From Lama glama (taxonomy: Eukaryota), in assembly GCA_028534125.1 (NCBI GenBank), contig CM052817.1, positions 44,394,001 through 44,458,000 of the forward strand: a stretch of DNA of 64,000 bases, given 5' to 3'. The stretch's first letter is position 1. Each line of letters begins with the position of its first letter. Shown piece by piece: positions 49,205 to 61,689 of the stretch. The notes under the pieces were generated by a model, which did no database searches, was not told the DNA's origin, and saw nothing but the letters and a program-made list of their open reading frames with translations. A program made the position numbers and the translations under genes.

Positions 49205-50090
49205 TAAATGAGAGTATTGGATTATAACCTACAGAATAAGGTAACATGAAGGAATCCTTACTGATAGAAATAGTTGGATAAATAAATAAGTGGAGGGAAG
49301 AGACAACTCTTCCTTACAGAAGACTTCCAATTAATAAACGTGGAAGGAATGAAGGAAATACAACTCATCTTTAGAACATTACAGTAATAACTTGCAGCAA
49401 ATATCCATCGATAAATGCTAAATTCAATGGGAGAGAGTTTGAGGAGAAACAGAATATTCGCATAGCCTAAAGATCTCTCCCCTCAAGATACGTTATCAAT
49501 TACAAGGAGACAAATAATAACTCTACAGTGAAGAAACCTGGCAGACTTCACCTTAACCAGTTATCAAGGTTAACAGCACCAGTAAACACCACGTAACCCC
49601 GGAGAGGACGCACCAAGCACACAGCCCTTCAGTGGTATCCTTGCCAAAAATACATAACCTCAATCCAACCATGAGACAGTATCAGATAAACCGAAACAGA
49701 AGGCATTCTACAAAATGACTGGCCCGTACTCTTCAAAAGTGTCAAGGTCACAAAAAACAAGGAAAGACTGAGGACACACCACAGATTAAAGGAGACTAAG
49801 GAAACATGACAATTAAACACAACGTAAGATCCTGGAATGGGAACAGGACACTGGCAGGGGAAAAAAAAAGGTGAAATCTGAATAAAGCCTATAGTTTAAA
49901 AAGTCTTATAGTCTGCAGTTAATAGTATTTACACCCATGCTAATTTCTTAGTTTTAATATTTATACTATGGTTTTAAAAGATGTTAACATTAGGGAAAGC
50001 TGGGTGATGAGTGGATGGGAAATTTCTGTACTATTTTCACAACTTTTCTATGAATCTAAAGATATTTCAAAATAAAAAGTAAAAAACAAA
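49205..50090 (+). mobile_element. LINE-1 3' end (L1MC-like)
   Basis: acagtgaagaaacctggcagac..caccttaaccag, gcattctacaaaatgactggcc..tcttcaaaagtgtcaaggtca, ending tttcaaaataaaaagtaaaaaa. Confidence 0.8.
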
Positions 50091-52168
50091 ACAGACAGGA
50101 TTTGGGATCTGAATATAATGGATGAGAACCACACCAGCTTCTGAGTTTACTGCTACATCGGTAACACTTGGGTTGCAGAGACCTCAGAGGATACGAAGGA
50201 ATTATGAGGTGGACTATTATAGGGGCTTATGATATAATTGTGGCAAGACACATGCATGTAAAATTCTTCGAGTGTAAAATAGAGGAAAAATTACAGCCAA
50301 TAGGACATGAGCAGGCGTGATGTATGCAACATCCAGGTCATGACTTCTTCAAAAGGAAACTGCTTGCCTATCTGCTCCCTTGCAGCCTCCCATCATGTAG
50401 ACAGACCGCGAGGGGCCAGCTTGGGCCATGCTGAGGGCAATCCCAACTTGTTTTAGAGACAATCTCTTTGTGGTTATAAAGACAATCTCTGCATGGTTAG
50501 GACACCAACTGGATATACATTTAGGTTCATTTGTTTTATCCAACTGTTAAGGATTGCTCTGTAAAATATTTCAATTGCTTCAAGCTCAAAACCAGGTCTG
50601 TGTGATTCCACTGTTCACCCTCTTGGCTCCCACTTAAGTCTCACCTCTTCTGGCCTCCATCATCCTGACTAATGGTCCCCAGATTACCCCCAAGTGCCCC
50701 GAGGCAGAAACTTAGGAGTCACACTTTTTAACCTCTCTTCTCCCACTCTCATCTGCTCTTGATCTGCTCCTGAGTTCATCCCAGATCTGTCTCATCTCTG
50801 TCCCATCACCACTTGCTTAGTTCACGTCTTGGGCATTGTCCTCCGAGGCTGGAGCAGTAACTTCCTAACTGCAGCCTTCCGGCCTCATAGTTCGGCACTG
50901 ACTTTGTTAACCTACACAGCTCGGTGGAGTCTGGTTAAATATAAGGCTCTGATCCTCTGCGTTTTAAAAATCCTAAGAGGCCGCAGGGAACAGCTACAAC
51001 CTTGAGGTTTCAGCTTCTTCAGGCTGATCCTGAAGCCACCTTTCGCCAGCTGCCTCTCCGATAGACGGAGCCCTCTGCAAATCTCAGCCTGCCCTCAACC
51101 ACTATGTTCGAACTTCTTTTCAATCCTTTTTTCAAGTGAAATCTTACCAAGAACTTTACTGTAGACACCAGATACAAATGTTGTTTTGATTATATAAAAT
51201 GTAACAAATATTTTAATGTGTATTTGCATATCCACAGACATGGGTAACTGCATAAATCTAAATGTATAATGTTTATTTATTTATCACCCAAGCCCATGTG
51301 TCTACATGCAAGAACCCTCCCAGGCTGAAATCAGGATAACTGATAACAACGATGTGCTAATGATGTGCTTATGATGTGCTGGGCACAGCAATAAATGCTT
51401 TAGGTGTACTAACACTTTCAATCCTTTCAGCAACCTTAGGAGGTAGAATAGTTGTTAAACTTGTTTTACAGATTGGAAACAGAGCTTAAATAATGTGCCT
51501 GCAGTTATACAGTAAGCAGCAAAACCAAGATTTGGATTCTAGGCAGTCTGATTCCACAGACTGCATCTTACCCACCGCATTATACTGTCTCTCAGGCTGG
51601 CACACAGACTCGTGTCACAGTGATGAAAAGGATGATGAGAATAATAACCACAACACCATTATGCCACCACCTAATATTTACTTCACCTGACATTTACTTC
51701 TCGCTCCCCACGAGTAGGCTCTGTTCTAAGTGCTTTGAATACCGGCTCGCATTGAATCCCCACAGTTGCCCTATGAAGTAGGTTCTGTTATGTTGATTGT
51801 TGCGGGGATAGAGGTGGGTGGCTATGAGCTCAAATGGCCTGAATTTGAATCCACCACCTCCTACCTAGATGCCTTTACACTATCCGCTCTGGTGTGAGAA
51901 TCTGATGAGGTATGCAAAGCCCTAGCACAGAGGAAGCACAGGCAAGTAGTTGCCAATTTTTATTAGGCTAACTTTGTAATCTCAGGACATCCCTCAATTA
52001 GAGATGAGATGTTTTAAATGAGTTATCAGTTCAGAAACAAATCAATCTTATACAAGTGAAGGTATTAGTCATTTCTCAAGTGTAAGACCCTGATATCTCT
52101 TTAAGAGTTTTTAATTATAGTTTTAAAAACAGCTGTGAATGTATATTTTTAAAAAGATATTTGCATCA

Positions 52169-52512
52169 GACACGAACTATTTACAAAACAGAAACAGACT
52201 CACAGACATAGAAAACAAACTTATGGTTGGTTACAAGTGGGAAAAGGGGGTGGGAAGGAATAAGTAGGGAGTTCCAGATTTGCAGATACTAATTACTACA
52301 TATAAATTAGATAAACAAGTTTCTTCTGTGTAGCACAGAAGAAATTGAATATTGATATATTCAATACCTTGTAGTAACTTATAATGAGAAAGAATATGAA
52401 AACAAATACATCTTTGTGTATGTATGACGGAAACATTATGCTGTACACCAGAAACTGACACACTGTAAACTGACTATACTTCAATTAAAAATTTCTTATA
52501 ATAAAAGAAAAA
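52169..52512 (+). mobile_element. Young camelid-type LINE-1 3' end
   Basis: aaacagaaacagactcacagacatagaaaacaaacttatggtt...gtaaactgactatacttcaatt + A tail. TSD aaaaagatatttgcatca (52151-52168) / aaaaagatattcgtatca (52513-52530), at a TTTT|AAAAA endonuclease site. Confidence 0.9.
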
Positions 52513-52754
52513 AAAAAGATATTCGTATCAAATGATTTAAGGGACACCTAGATTACCTCCCAGGAAGTTTATGCTTCTTCAGAATCTGGCTTGAAAATGG
52601 TCATTAAGGTGGTTATCCTCCTGATCTCTGAGTTTCCATCTGACCTCCTCGTCTGGCCCCTTCTTAGCTCTCTAACTAGCCTGAATCCTGACCAGCCTTG
52701 CCCCCAAGTCCCTCTTCTTTGGAACCGCTCAGCACAGACCTCTGTGCCTCTTAC

Positions 52755-52886
52755 CTGTGCTTCAGCCGCAGTTTAACTCCTCCTGACCATGCTGCTCTCC
52801 TGTGTGGGGTGTCAGAGGTGAGGTGCTCCGGGCTGAAGGAGTCAGAGGTGCCAGTATCTGCAGGGCCTGGGTCTGCACACGCATCT
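52755..52886 (-). CDS. SHROOM3: SHROOM3 internal coding exon (human exon 3 equivalent), immediately after the PDZ domain
   Basis: Acceptor tttttccag|A GAT GCG and donor CAC AG|gtaaga; 132 bp, phase 2-2. Encodes (R)DACADPGPADTGTSDSFSPEHLTSDTPHRRAAWSGGVKLRLKH(R), matching recalled SHROOM3 'WSGGVKLRLKHR'. Confidence 0.95.
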
Positions 52887-53999
52887 CTGGAAAAAGAGGA
52901 AAACAGGAATTTGAGTGTGATGGTATTCACGGGCAGGAGGCATGAAGGATTTTGACACTGAAAAATGAATGAGAAAGAAGCCCGGGGCCAGAGCAGCACA
53001 GCTAAGTGCAGAGGGCTAAGCCTGCACCCACCCCGGTGCTCTGCCCCAAGGAAGGTGAATGAGGGTCTCCATCCTCTCCTGTGTTTCTGTGAAACAATAA
53101 CATACACTTCCCAATTGGAGAAGACCAGATTTTTCCAGCCAAGAGAGAAGGAAGATTATTAACTATGATGAAGGTGAACCCTCCTATATTTCAGTATCTA
53201 TTGTAAGTGAAAAACTGGACTCACGAAGGCAAATTGTCAGAAGAAGTGGCTCCCTGAGACAAGTCCCCGCTGGTTTCGCTGTACGGAGAGCGATCTCCGA
53301 GTGCAGCGGCCCTCGCTCTGTGCAGTGGGTGGCAGCTCAGAAGCACATGCCAACTCTTGAGCCCGAGCTATTTCAGATGGTTTAGATTCCGCTGCGCTGG
53401 AGGCAAGCCTTTTGTGTGTCCGTTTCAATCCACCCTCCACCCCCGGCCCCCCACACCATTCCCATAAATCTTGTCCTCCATACTCCCAGGGAGTCTGAGA
53501 AAAATGTTAAGCCCCGAGTGGCCAACGCGGTCCGCCACAGGAACAGATGCACCCTTAGGAGGGTCCTGGCTCCTGAATGTCCAAACACCCCGACTGCACC
53601 TTCAGGGCCTCCTCTTGAGCAGACTGTCCCCTGTGTCAGGCTCAGAGCGGGTTTGCCACGCTGGGTACCAGTGGTGTGTTTTCAGTGTCTGTCTCTGAGG
53701 ATCTTTCTAAGCCTTGGAGAACCGACTGGTAGCCCTTGCACCCCGTCCTAGAAGCAGGAATCTATAGAAGGTACCATGCCTTCTGTCTCTCCTCTGCACA
53801 AGCCTTGGCTGAGACTGGTGGGATAACAAATGGTGTTGATTTCTTTGTATTTCAGGAGGGAGATGATCATAGAGTCAGCAGGGACTAAAACTTTACCTTA
53901 GTTTTACCTGAGTGCCATCACTTCCTTTGTTACATTACTTTTCTCACCAAATTTAAGATTCCTGGCTTTGAATATATTCAGTATTACCCTGGAGTGAAG

Positions 54000-54350
54000 T
54001 TTGAAGACCTGGTTGAGGTTCTGTCACTTGTGAGCTGAATGACACTGGGCAAGTGAACACTGAGCCTCAGGCTCTCCTTGTCAGTAATGTGAAAATAAGA
54101 GGCAGAGCACACAATGCTGGGAGCCTGGCCCTGGCCCTACCACTGACCAGCTCTGTGACCTTGACCTCTCTGTGCCTCAGTTCTCTCATCTCTGAAATGG
54201 GTACAAAGGCACAATGGCTTTCAGAGGGTCATTGAGAAACTTAAACTAATTCCGGTAAAGCACTTACAATAGAGTCTGCAACATTTTCAGCACTCAGCAA
54301 ATGAGCCACTATTATTATACGTATCCTACAGAGTTGCTATAAAGTTTCTA
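54000..54350 (+). mobile_element. Nested MIR relics
   Basis: Two MIR cores: gggcaagtgaacactgagcctcag and ctctctgtgcctcagttctctcatctctgaaatggg. Confidence 0.65.
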
Positions 54351-56129
54351 GATAATGTCTACTAACTGTCTGGCATACTTCCTCCACATGGGGCATGTGC
54401 TTAATTAACAAATTATTTCCATTATTGTCTTCAACAGTACCTTCATTTTAGAGTTCCTTTCAGCTAAGATGTCATGTAAAACAGACACAACTAAAGAGAC
54501 CTAATTTATGCTGGAAATAATAGTGGGGAGAGCCTTGTCCAGAGTTAACACATCAAAGCCTTTTGCAGAATTCATCATGTGGTCTTCAATTAGGATTTCT
54601 CCTACAACCGTCAGCACACCAACCCCAAAGGCCATCTGGCTTAAGCTGAAGTGGAAAATATATTCAAAGGCATCTCATCATCAAATCCATGAACATAACG
54701 ATGACACAAATGTAAACAGCACATCTAAGACTGCCATTGGTATAATCCATCCTGACAGACAGCTTGCCTTTCCAACTCTGCTCCAGACCCTGATGTTGTC
54801 TGCTGGGGGGACACTAATGGCCAGGTCTGGGCTTTCACAACAGCTTTGCGGCATTTAATAACTTCCTTTTTTTTTTTTTGCGTAAACCACAATTGTTGGC
54901 TCCCTCCTTTCTACACAATGGCTGAGCCCTTTTCTTTTTCCTTGCCCCATCCCCTCTCTGGGAGGCCTGAAGGGACAGAAAGTCTGGGGTACAGGCTGTT
55001 GGAGGGAAGGGCTGGTGGGAAGACCAGGCAAATAGGAAAGAGACGGAAGGAGAAGGAACATAAGACTGTCTCTTCTTTTTAAGGCTTTTCAATGCATTAT
55101 TCTTTTCAGCCCTAGCAGAGATCAGTGCCAGCACTGCCCTCCAGGCCATCTACCAACCTCCAGGGGACCAGCTGAGATTAACTACTGGGTGTGAGGGTTC
55201 ATAAAACCTGTGTTGCATGTTGCTGACTGCAGTCCCCAGGCTAAGTCACAGGATAGCCTCCCTGGATGGGCTGGCTCCTGAGGCTCCTGAGTGGGCTGTC
55301 TGGGAGCCCTACACCAAGGAGGAAACAGGCTAGAAGGAATGCAGGAAGAATCACCAGCACCCAGTGCACACCTTTTCTGCCTTAAACACTTTCTGGAATA
55401 ACCTGGACAACAAATAAACATTTTTAAATGCATACATTCTAATGAAAAAACTTCCATTGTCACTCTTGCTGCCAAAACTTATGGGATGTTTTGGAGGGCT
55501 TTAAAAAATATTGTTTCCTGCTGTTCTCCAAGAGATCACGAACTCTCAACATCACAAACTCCGAGTGAGGAAGCAGGAATCACAGCTGATTTGAGAGGAT
55601 TCAGCAGGGGCTAAAACAGTGATTGATCCACATCCCAGTGTCATCTTTCCTTGCCAGAGAGTTAAGAAACAAGAAATCCAGGCCAACCACCTACCTATTT
55701 CTACTTCCTCTGATGAGTACATACGTATCTCCTCCCCAGTTTTCGTAACTCCTGAATACACATGCTGATTGCTTTACTATTTGGCATTTTAATACAGTCC
55801 TTAACTGCTTTCTGAACAGCCAACACTGAAGAAAAGGTTCCAGATTGTCCTGTTCCCGCAGTTCTCTTGAACACTGTGAAAAATGGGGGAGGACGGGGGA
55901 AAGCAGAGTGACAGATGTCAGGAGCTGGGCTGGGCCTGATAACCTGGTCCCTCCAGACCCCTTGAGCTGCTGGTTTCTACTGAGTTTAAATGGGGCTGGG
56001 GGGACAGGGGCTCCTATCTCCTCAGCATGGACAGTTACAACCTTGGTTCTGAGAATCGGCAATTTCGTCCTTTCTATTGTGTTCTGCCCAGGAGGGAACA
56101 GCATTCTCACCAGCCATATCCACTCCTGT

Positions 56130-57170
56130 CCCCACTCCAACCCAGCGCCTACCCAGAAGCCAGCGCTGGTGACCTTTAAAAAATGTAAGTGGATTACTGC
56201 CATCTTCTAATAAGACTTGTGTAGCTTCCTGTGCACTTGGAGGAAGCCCAAATTCCTTAACCTGGCTGCGAGGCCTCGAGTGCCCCGGCTCCTGCCCCAC
56301 TTTCAACATCTCCCCTCTCACTCAGCCTGTCCTCAGTGGCCTGCCCTGAGTGCCCCAAGGCCACCAAGCTCTTCACTCCTACAATGCGGTTCCCTCCACC
56401 TGGAAAAGTCTTCCTCCTAATTCTTCACTTGGCTGCGTTGACTGAAAAAAAAAATGCACAACCTAAAAGTTGAGTTATATTTTACTCAGCGGACATGTCT
56501 GAGGACTTAAGCCTGGGGTGACAGCCTCTAGGACTGCTCTGAGAGACCACTCCAAAGAGGCAGGGAGGAGTCAGGATACGTAGGAGCTTTTGCGGTAAAG
56601 ACCAGGTGGTCAGAACATCAAAAGATTATTGTTAATCAAAGAAAGCGAGACATGTCAAGTTAGGGGATTTGATGCTTTTCTATGTATGGGCAGGTGCCAA
56701 AGTCTGGGCTCACTGAAATCATTCCTTTGATGTGCACCTAGCTATCTGGGGCCAGTATCCTGTTCTTTCCATCCTGAGTTGCTCACCCTGGGGGGAAGGG
56801 GGTAGTGGTCCTGGCTGATGACTTGATGTCAGCAGCATCCTTTGTTTACAGAGGTGGCAGGCACTTTCTCGTTCACAGCTGGCTCCTCCTCAGCCTGCTG
56901 GTCCCAGGTGGAACATCACCTCCTCAGAGACCGCCTCTTCTACCACAAACAGTCTTCCCGGCACCAGGTCTCCCCTTCGTCGCACTGAGGGCCACGTGCA
57001 AATGATCACTTCTGCACGGTCTGCTTCCTCTGCAGGCCAGTAAGCTCTACAAGGTCAGGACCCACGGCTGGCTTTTCTTCATTTTGTGATTTTAAACACC
57101 TCCATACCCAGGGTCTCGGACAGCGAGCGGCTCACAGTAGGCACACAATACAGATTTATAGAATGAATCA
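56130..57170 (+). mobile_element. LINE-2 3' fragment (host of the LTR)
   Basis: gcccaaattccttaacctggc, gttccctccacctggaa, catcacctcctcagagac, gtaagctctacaaggtcaggacc, cacagtaggcacacaata..gaatgaat. Confidence 0.7.
56436..56877 (-). mobile_element. Solo LTR, ERV1 class (MER41-like by recall), inserted in an L2 relic
   Basis: 442 bp with (C/T)GTTGA...TTCACA ends and a 4-bp TSD GCTG at 56432-56435 and 56878-56881. Removing it restores the L2 motif cttcacttggctggctcctcctca. Confidence 0.8.
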
Positions 57171-58739
57171 TGGTTGACTGTAAAGGGAACAATTGTGTGA
57201 TGCATCCCAAGTGGAGCTCTAGGCCCTTAAACTTGAAAAGCCATTGCATGTTTACAATACACATTTGGGGAAGGTGGGATCTCTTTTCTTTCAGTCACTC
57301 TCTATACGAGGTTGTGAGCCAGTTTCTTTGTGAAAGTAGAATTCACTTCTAACTTCTGGTCCGTGTCAGCAGCAGCTGGCTTTCGTGGAGTAGAGAGGAC
57401 CAGTGTTGGGGGACTGTGGCCAAGCCCTTGGACAAAGCGCTGGCACAGCTCCCCGCAGTTTTGCCGCCTTATATTTTGAAGCAGCTAGAATGCTTTTTGA
57501 GATTAAGCAGACAGAAGCACATTTATACAGGACTAAAGTGTCCTCAGAGCCCTTTTGAGAAATGCCTCTGGATTTAGGCTGGGTGCTTACAAGTAATCAT
57601 TTTCATAATTTGCTTCATGAAAAGTCCTGTTTGTGCTTTCCTGTGTTTCTGTTTTCTTTTTGTCCCGCTCCGCGTCCATCACGCAGGAAGCCGGCCCTAG
57701 CTTCCCTCCACCCCATGAGCAGGCTCTCGAGTCGTCACCTTGGGCTCCCCAGCACTTTCCCCTTCAGTCTCCTGGAGGCGGGGAGGGCTTGAATTTTTTA
57801 TTTTTCCAGTGTCTGGAGGAAGATTTTAAGAACTGATCCCCTTAGGCTCAGGATTCTGTTTTTGCCTAACCTGTTCTTCATTTTCTGAAGACTGGGCATT
57901 AATCGAAGGCTTCACAGACATTCTCAATGAACTACCCTTTCTTTAAAAGCCCCTTGTTCCTACTCCTGACCTTTTGGTACCTACATATTTATTTAGACTT
58001 AACCTTCTGGGTCACTGTCTCTTCATTACTCTCTTTTCTTGTTTTATAAATCATTATTTACCATCTGAGAATCTTGCTCTGTATTCCCTCAGGCCTGTAT
58101 CCTGTCAGGTGTTTTCCATCATAGGCATGCCATTTACCTGTCCTTAAAACCTCTTCCTTTGCTCACCCACCTCAGTCGGCAGCTTGGTTATTACAGGAGG
58201 GCCGTACACAACCCTTCAGCCATGCAGGGATGTGCTTTGTATGTCTCACTCCTGTGCCCAGCTGTTCCTCCGGCTCCTCTTGCCGACGCCTTTTCTCACT
58301 TGATTTCCCTTGAACCCTCCCAAATGGATCCATGTGTACAATTTACACCACTGACATCCAGCATGTTTCTGATTCTTTCTGAAACCATAAGCCTAACTAT
58401 CTCCAGATCTGAGCCAATGACCTCTATGTCAACCTTGCATGAATTCTGGAAAAGGGTAGATAGAGGAAAAAGCCTAATGACTAGCAGATCTTTTCACTTA
58501 CCTATTAAAGATTTCATCTGCTCCAGATTTACTTCTGACTTCAATCCCTCTGCTCACTGGGCCCTATGACATAGCTCACCCAGGGCAAGTACATAAGAAA
58601 ACCAAGGGCCCTCATGCAAGGGCTTATGGTTAAAGTGGGGCGGACAGCCCTAGCTACAAACACTCAGAGCCTGAGCTTAAAGCACTTCCAGTAAGTGGCT
58701 GGCTGGAGAACTTGAACGAACAATGCAGATTCTCAGCCA

Positions 58740-58925
58740 GCTTCTCAGGTTCCTAAGTCTGGCTCTGTCATCCAGTAGGCGTCTGGCTCGGGGCAGGTCA
58801 CTTAACCTTCTGTGCCCCGGTTTCCTCCTCTATAAAATAAGGATAATCACAGTACTCACATCAAAGAGTAGTCGTGAGGCTTGCGTGAATTAACATGTGC
58901 AAAGTACTCAGTGCCTGGCAATAAG
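58740..58925 (+). mobile_element. MIR SINE relic
   Basis: ggcaggtcacttaaccttctgtgccccggtttcctcctctataaaataaggataat. Confidence 0.7.
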
Positions 58926-60485
58926 GGTTCGCTTCTTCCCAACAGAAGAGAAATGTACATTTACTGGGCACGTGGTATGTACCCAGATACTGTGCTTTCA
59001 AAAGCTATTGTTATCTTCTTATCATCTGAGACAGTGATGATCCTCGTTTTACAGCTAAAGAAAGCAAAATGCAACAAAATAAACAGAAAGAGGTCTGGCC
59101 AGAGACCACGCCACCCCTCATTAAGTGCCTCTGAGGATCCCTGGGCTTTGCATACGTTTTTCTTAGGCGTCAGCCACAGCCCAAGCCACACACGCCTGGC
59201 ATATCTGTCACGGGACCCTTCTGCCCTTCATGTGAGACAAAGAGATATGCATGAAGACAAAAGACCAGCAAAGGTACCAAACTGCCACTGTTGGATGAAA
59301 GGACTATGGATAATCTTTTCCTTCTCTTTTTCTCTATCTTGCAAATTGTTTGCAGTTAACATTTATTATTTTAATTATCAGAAAAAGTAAAATTAGCTTT
59401 ATTTTTTTCCTTATGAGAATGAGTCTGAGTCTAATTTCTCCATATTTTTCAAGGAAAATCTCTGTCGGGAAATGGCAGTGGATGTATCTGTCCTGGGAGC
59501 ACATTTGGGCAGTGGAAAGACTTCACGCTGGTGGTGGAGTTTACTTTGGGAGCCTGGAGGAAGTAGGGTTTCTGGGAAACCAGTATCAGTAGAGGGAGAT
59601 GAATCTGTCTTAAGAAAGTGAGGACTCTGTCTTTCTTCCCTCCCACCCTCTCTCTCCCTAGTGTTCCCCAAGAATCATAATAATTCCTTACTTTAATATC
59701 ATTCATTATAGTATGAAAGTACCTTCGGTGCATTAGCCCATTTGGTCCTCATAACAACCCTAAAGGGCACGTTGAGCAGTTTTATTTATCCCCATTAACA
59801 GGTGTAGAGACAGCCTTGTAGAGGGACAGTCACTTGCTTGAGTTCAGGACTCGTAAGTGCCATGACGGGCACATGAAGCCAGGGTCCCCAAATCTAACTT
59901 TCACATTCCCCGTTTCTCATTTCCAATTGTCTTTGGAGTCTACAATCCTAAAAGTCCTCTGACACAGGTGACAAACAATACCAAAGCTTCTTTAAAGGGA
60001 AAGCTTCTTCAGAAGAAAGTGGAAAGTAACTGAAGTTCAGAAAGGTCCCCTCTCTGTCCCTAGCCCAAATGTCCCTCAGCCTAGAGAAATGTTGAGCCCA
60101 GATTTTGAAAGGCTCCCCAAATCCTTGCCATCTAGCCTGCATACCTGCTCTTGACCTGGAACTTCCTAACACTGGTCACACTGCTGAAATGATAGAGGAC
60201 ATGCTTCGTGCTGAGACTCAAGAGCACACTTCTGTACCCAGCCCAATCATTCACTCACTCCATCAACCATCACTAAGGATCAACCATGGACCACACAATG
60301 GATTGGGCACTAGGCTTGCAAAGCTGGTAAAACAGACATGAAGATGTCCTGGTCCAAATTTCTATGACCTTCCTCTCCTAACCACACTGCATGGTGTAGT
60401 ACCAGTGATGATCTTCAGGAAAGCAAACTGGAGAGGATCTACTAGAGGTGAGACTAGCAAGAGAGAAAGAGGACAAGAAGCGACA

Positions 60486-61689
60486 CTGTGGGGATCCTAG
60501 CAGCTCTGGTGGCAGTGGGAGGAGCGGCAGCACCCAGGCAGCCCTGCTTGATGAAGGCACCAGGCAGGCGCCCGCCCTGCAGCCAAGATGCCCAAGAACA
60601 AGGTCAGCTTGGTGGTGGCGACGGAGCCCAAAAGGAGATCGGTGAGGTTGTCAGCTAAACCTGTTTCTGCAAAACTGGAAATGAAGCCAAAAAGGGTGGC
60701 AGGAAAGGATAAGTCTTCAGACAAAAAAGTGCAAACAAAAGGGAAAAGGGGAGCAAAAGGAAAACACGCCGCAGTGGCTAACCAAGAGACTAAAGAAGCT
60801 TTACCTGCAGGAAACAGGAAACTGAAAACGAGGCGAGCACAGCCTCTGATGAAGCAGGAGAGAAAGCCGCCAAGTCTGATTAATATCACACACTGGGTTT
60901 TATCATTGGCCCCCCTGTCTCCCTTCTTGTACAATCCGGAGGAACATTTTTATCAACTATTTTGTAAATGCAAGTTTTTAAGCAGAAACATTTTTAAGAA
61001 GGAGGGAATCCCACTCATTCATTTTTTAAAGTGTAAATGTCTTTTTTTTTTTTTAAAGAGGTGAGATCATTTGCTGGTTGTTTATTTTTTTGGTATAACC
61101 AGAAAACAGTGGGATATTGAATATGGGGGGCTTTGATTGTCTTAGGTGTCAGCTTAACATCCATATAGTAGTTTTTATATCTTATAATACAAAGCATACT
61201 ACACGGCAATTTAGAGTCAGCTGTGCATTTACTATGTCTTGAACACTTCCGATTACTTCTCTTTCCATGTTGTTTTTGGTGAATTGTTTCCTAAAGCCAA
61301 CCACTCCTTGATCCTGGCTCTCCTTGTCAGAATCCTGTGCACTCTGTAACATCTCTGGTAGTGGTAGCCCAGTTTTCTTAGTAACTTTCTTAATATGCTG
61401 TTAACAGTTGAAATTTGAATGTGTAGGGTCTATGGTATTAAACTGTGAATTAGTGGAAACTTATATATAACAGCGTATCAACATTTAAAGATACTGGTAC
61501 CTAATATTCTGTTAAGGAACATGTGCCTCCAAATTTTAAGCTGGGAAGTCACAGGAATAACTGTTCAGAAAAGAATCACAACCTCATGACTTTTTGTTTT
61601 TTTGTTATATATGTTAAGAATTGTGTACAAATTGAAACATCTGTGAACTGATCCTCAAAACAACCAATAAAATGTCAATTATGAAAAAA
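60486..61689 (+). pseudogene. HMGN1: HMGN1 (HMG-14) processed pseudogene, near full-length mRNA copy
   Basis: Intronless, ATG at 60588: MPKNKVS...EPKRRSVRLSAKP...KDKSSDKKVQTKGKRGAKGK...VANQETKE. A frameshift occurs near 60815; the other frame resumes ETENEASTASDEAGEKAAKSD-TAA(60881-60883). It has an ~800-bp 3'UTR, AATAAA near 61666, a short A tail, and TSD AAGAAGCGACA at 60475-60485 and 61690-61700. Confidence 0.93.
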
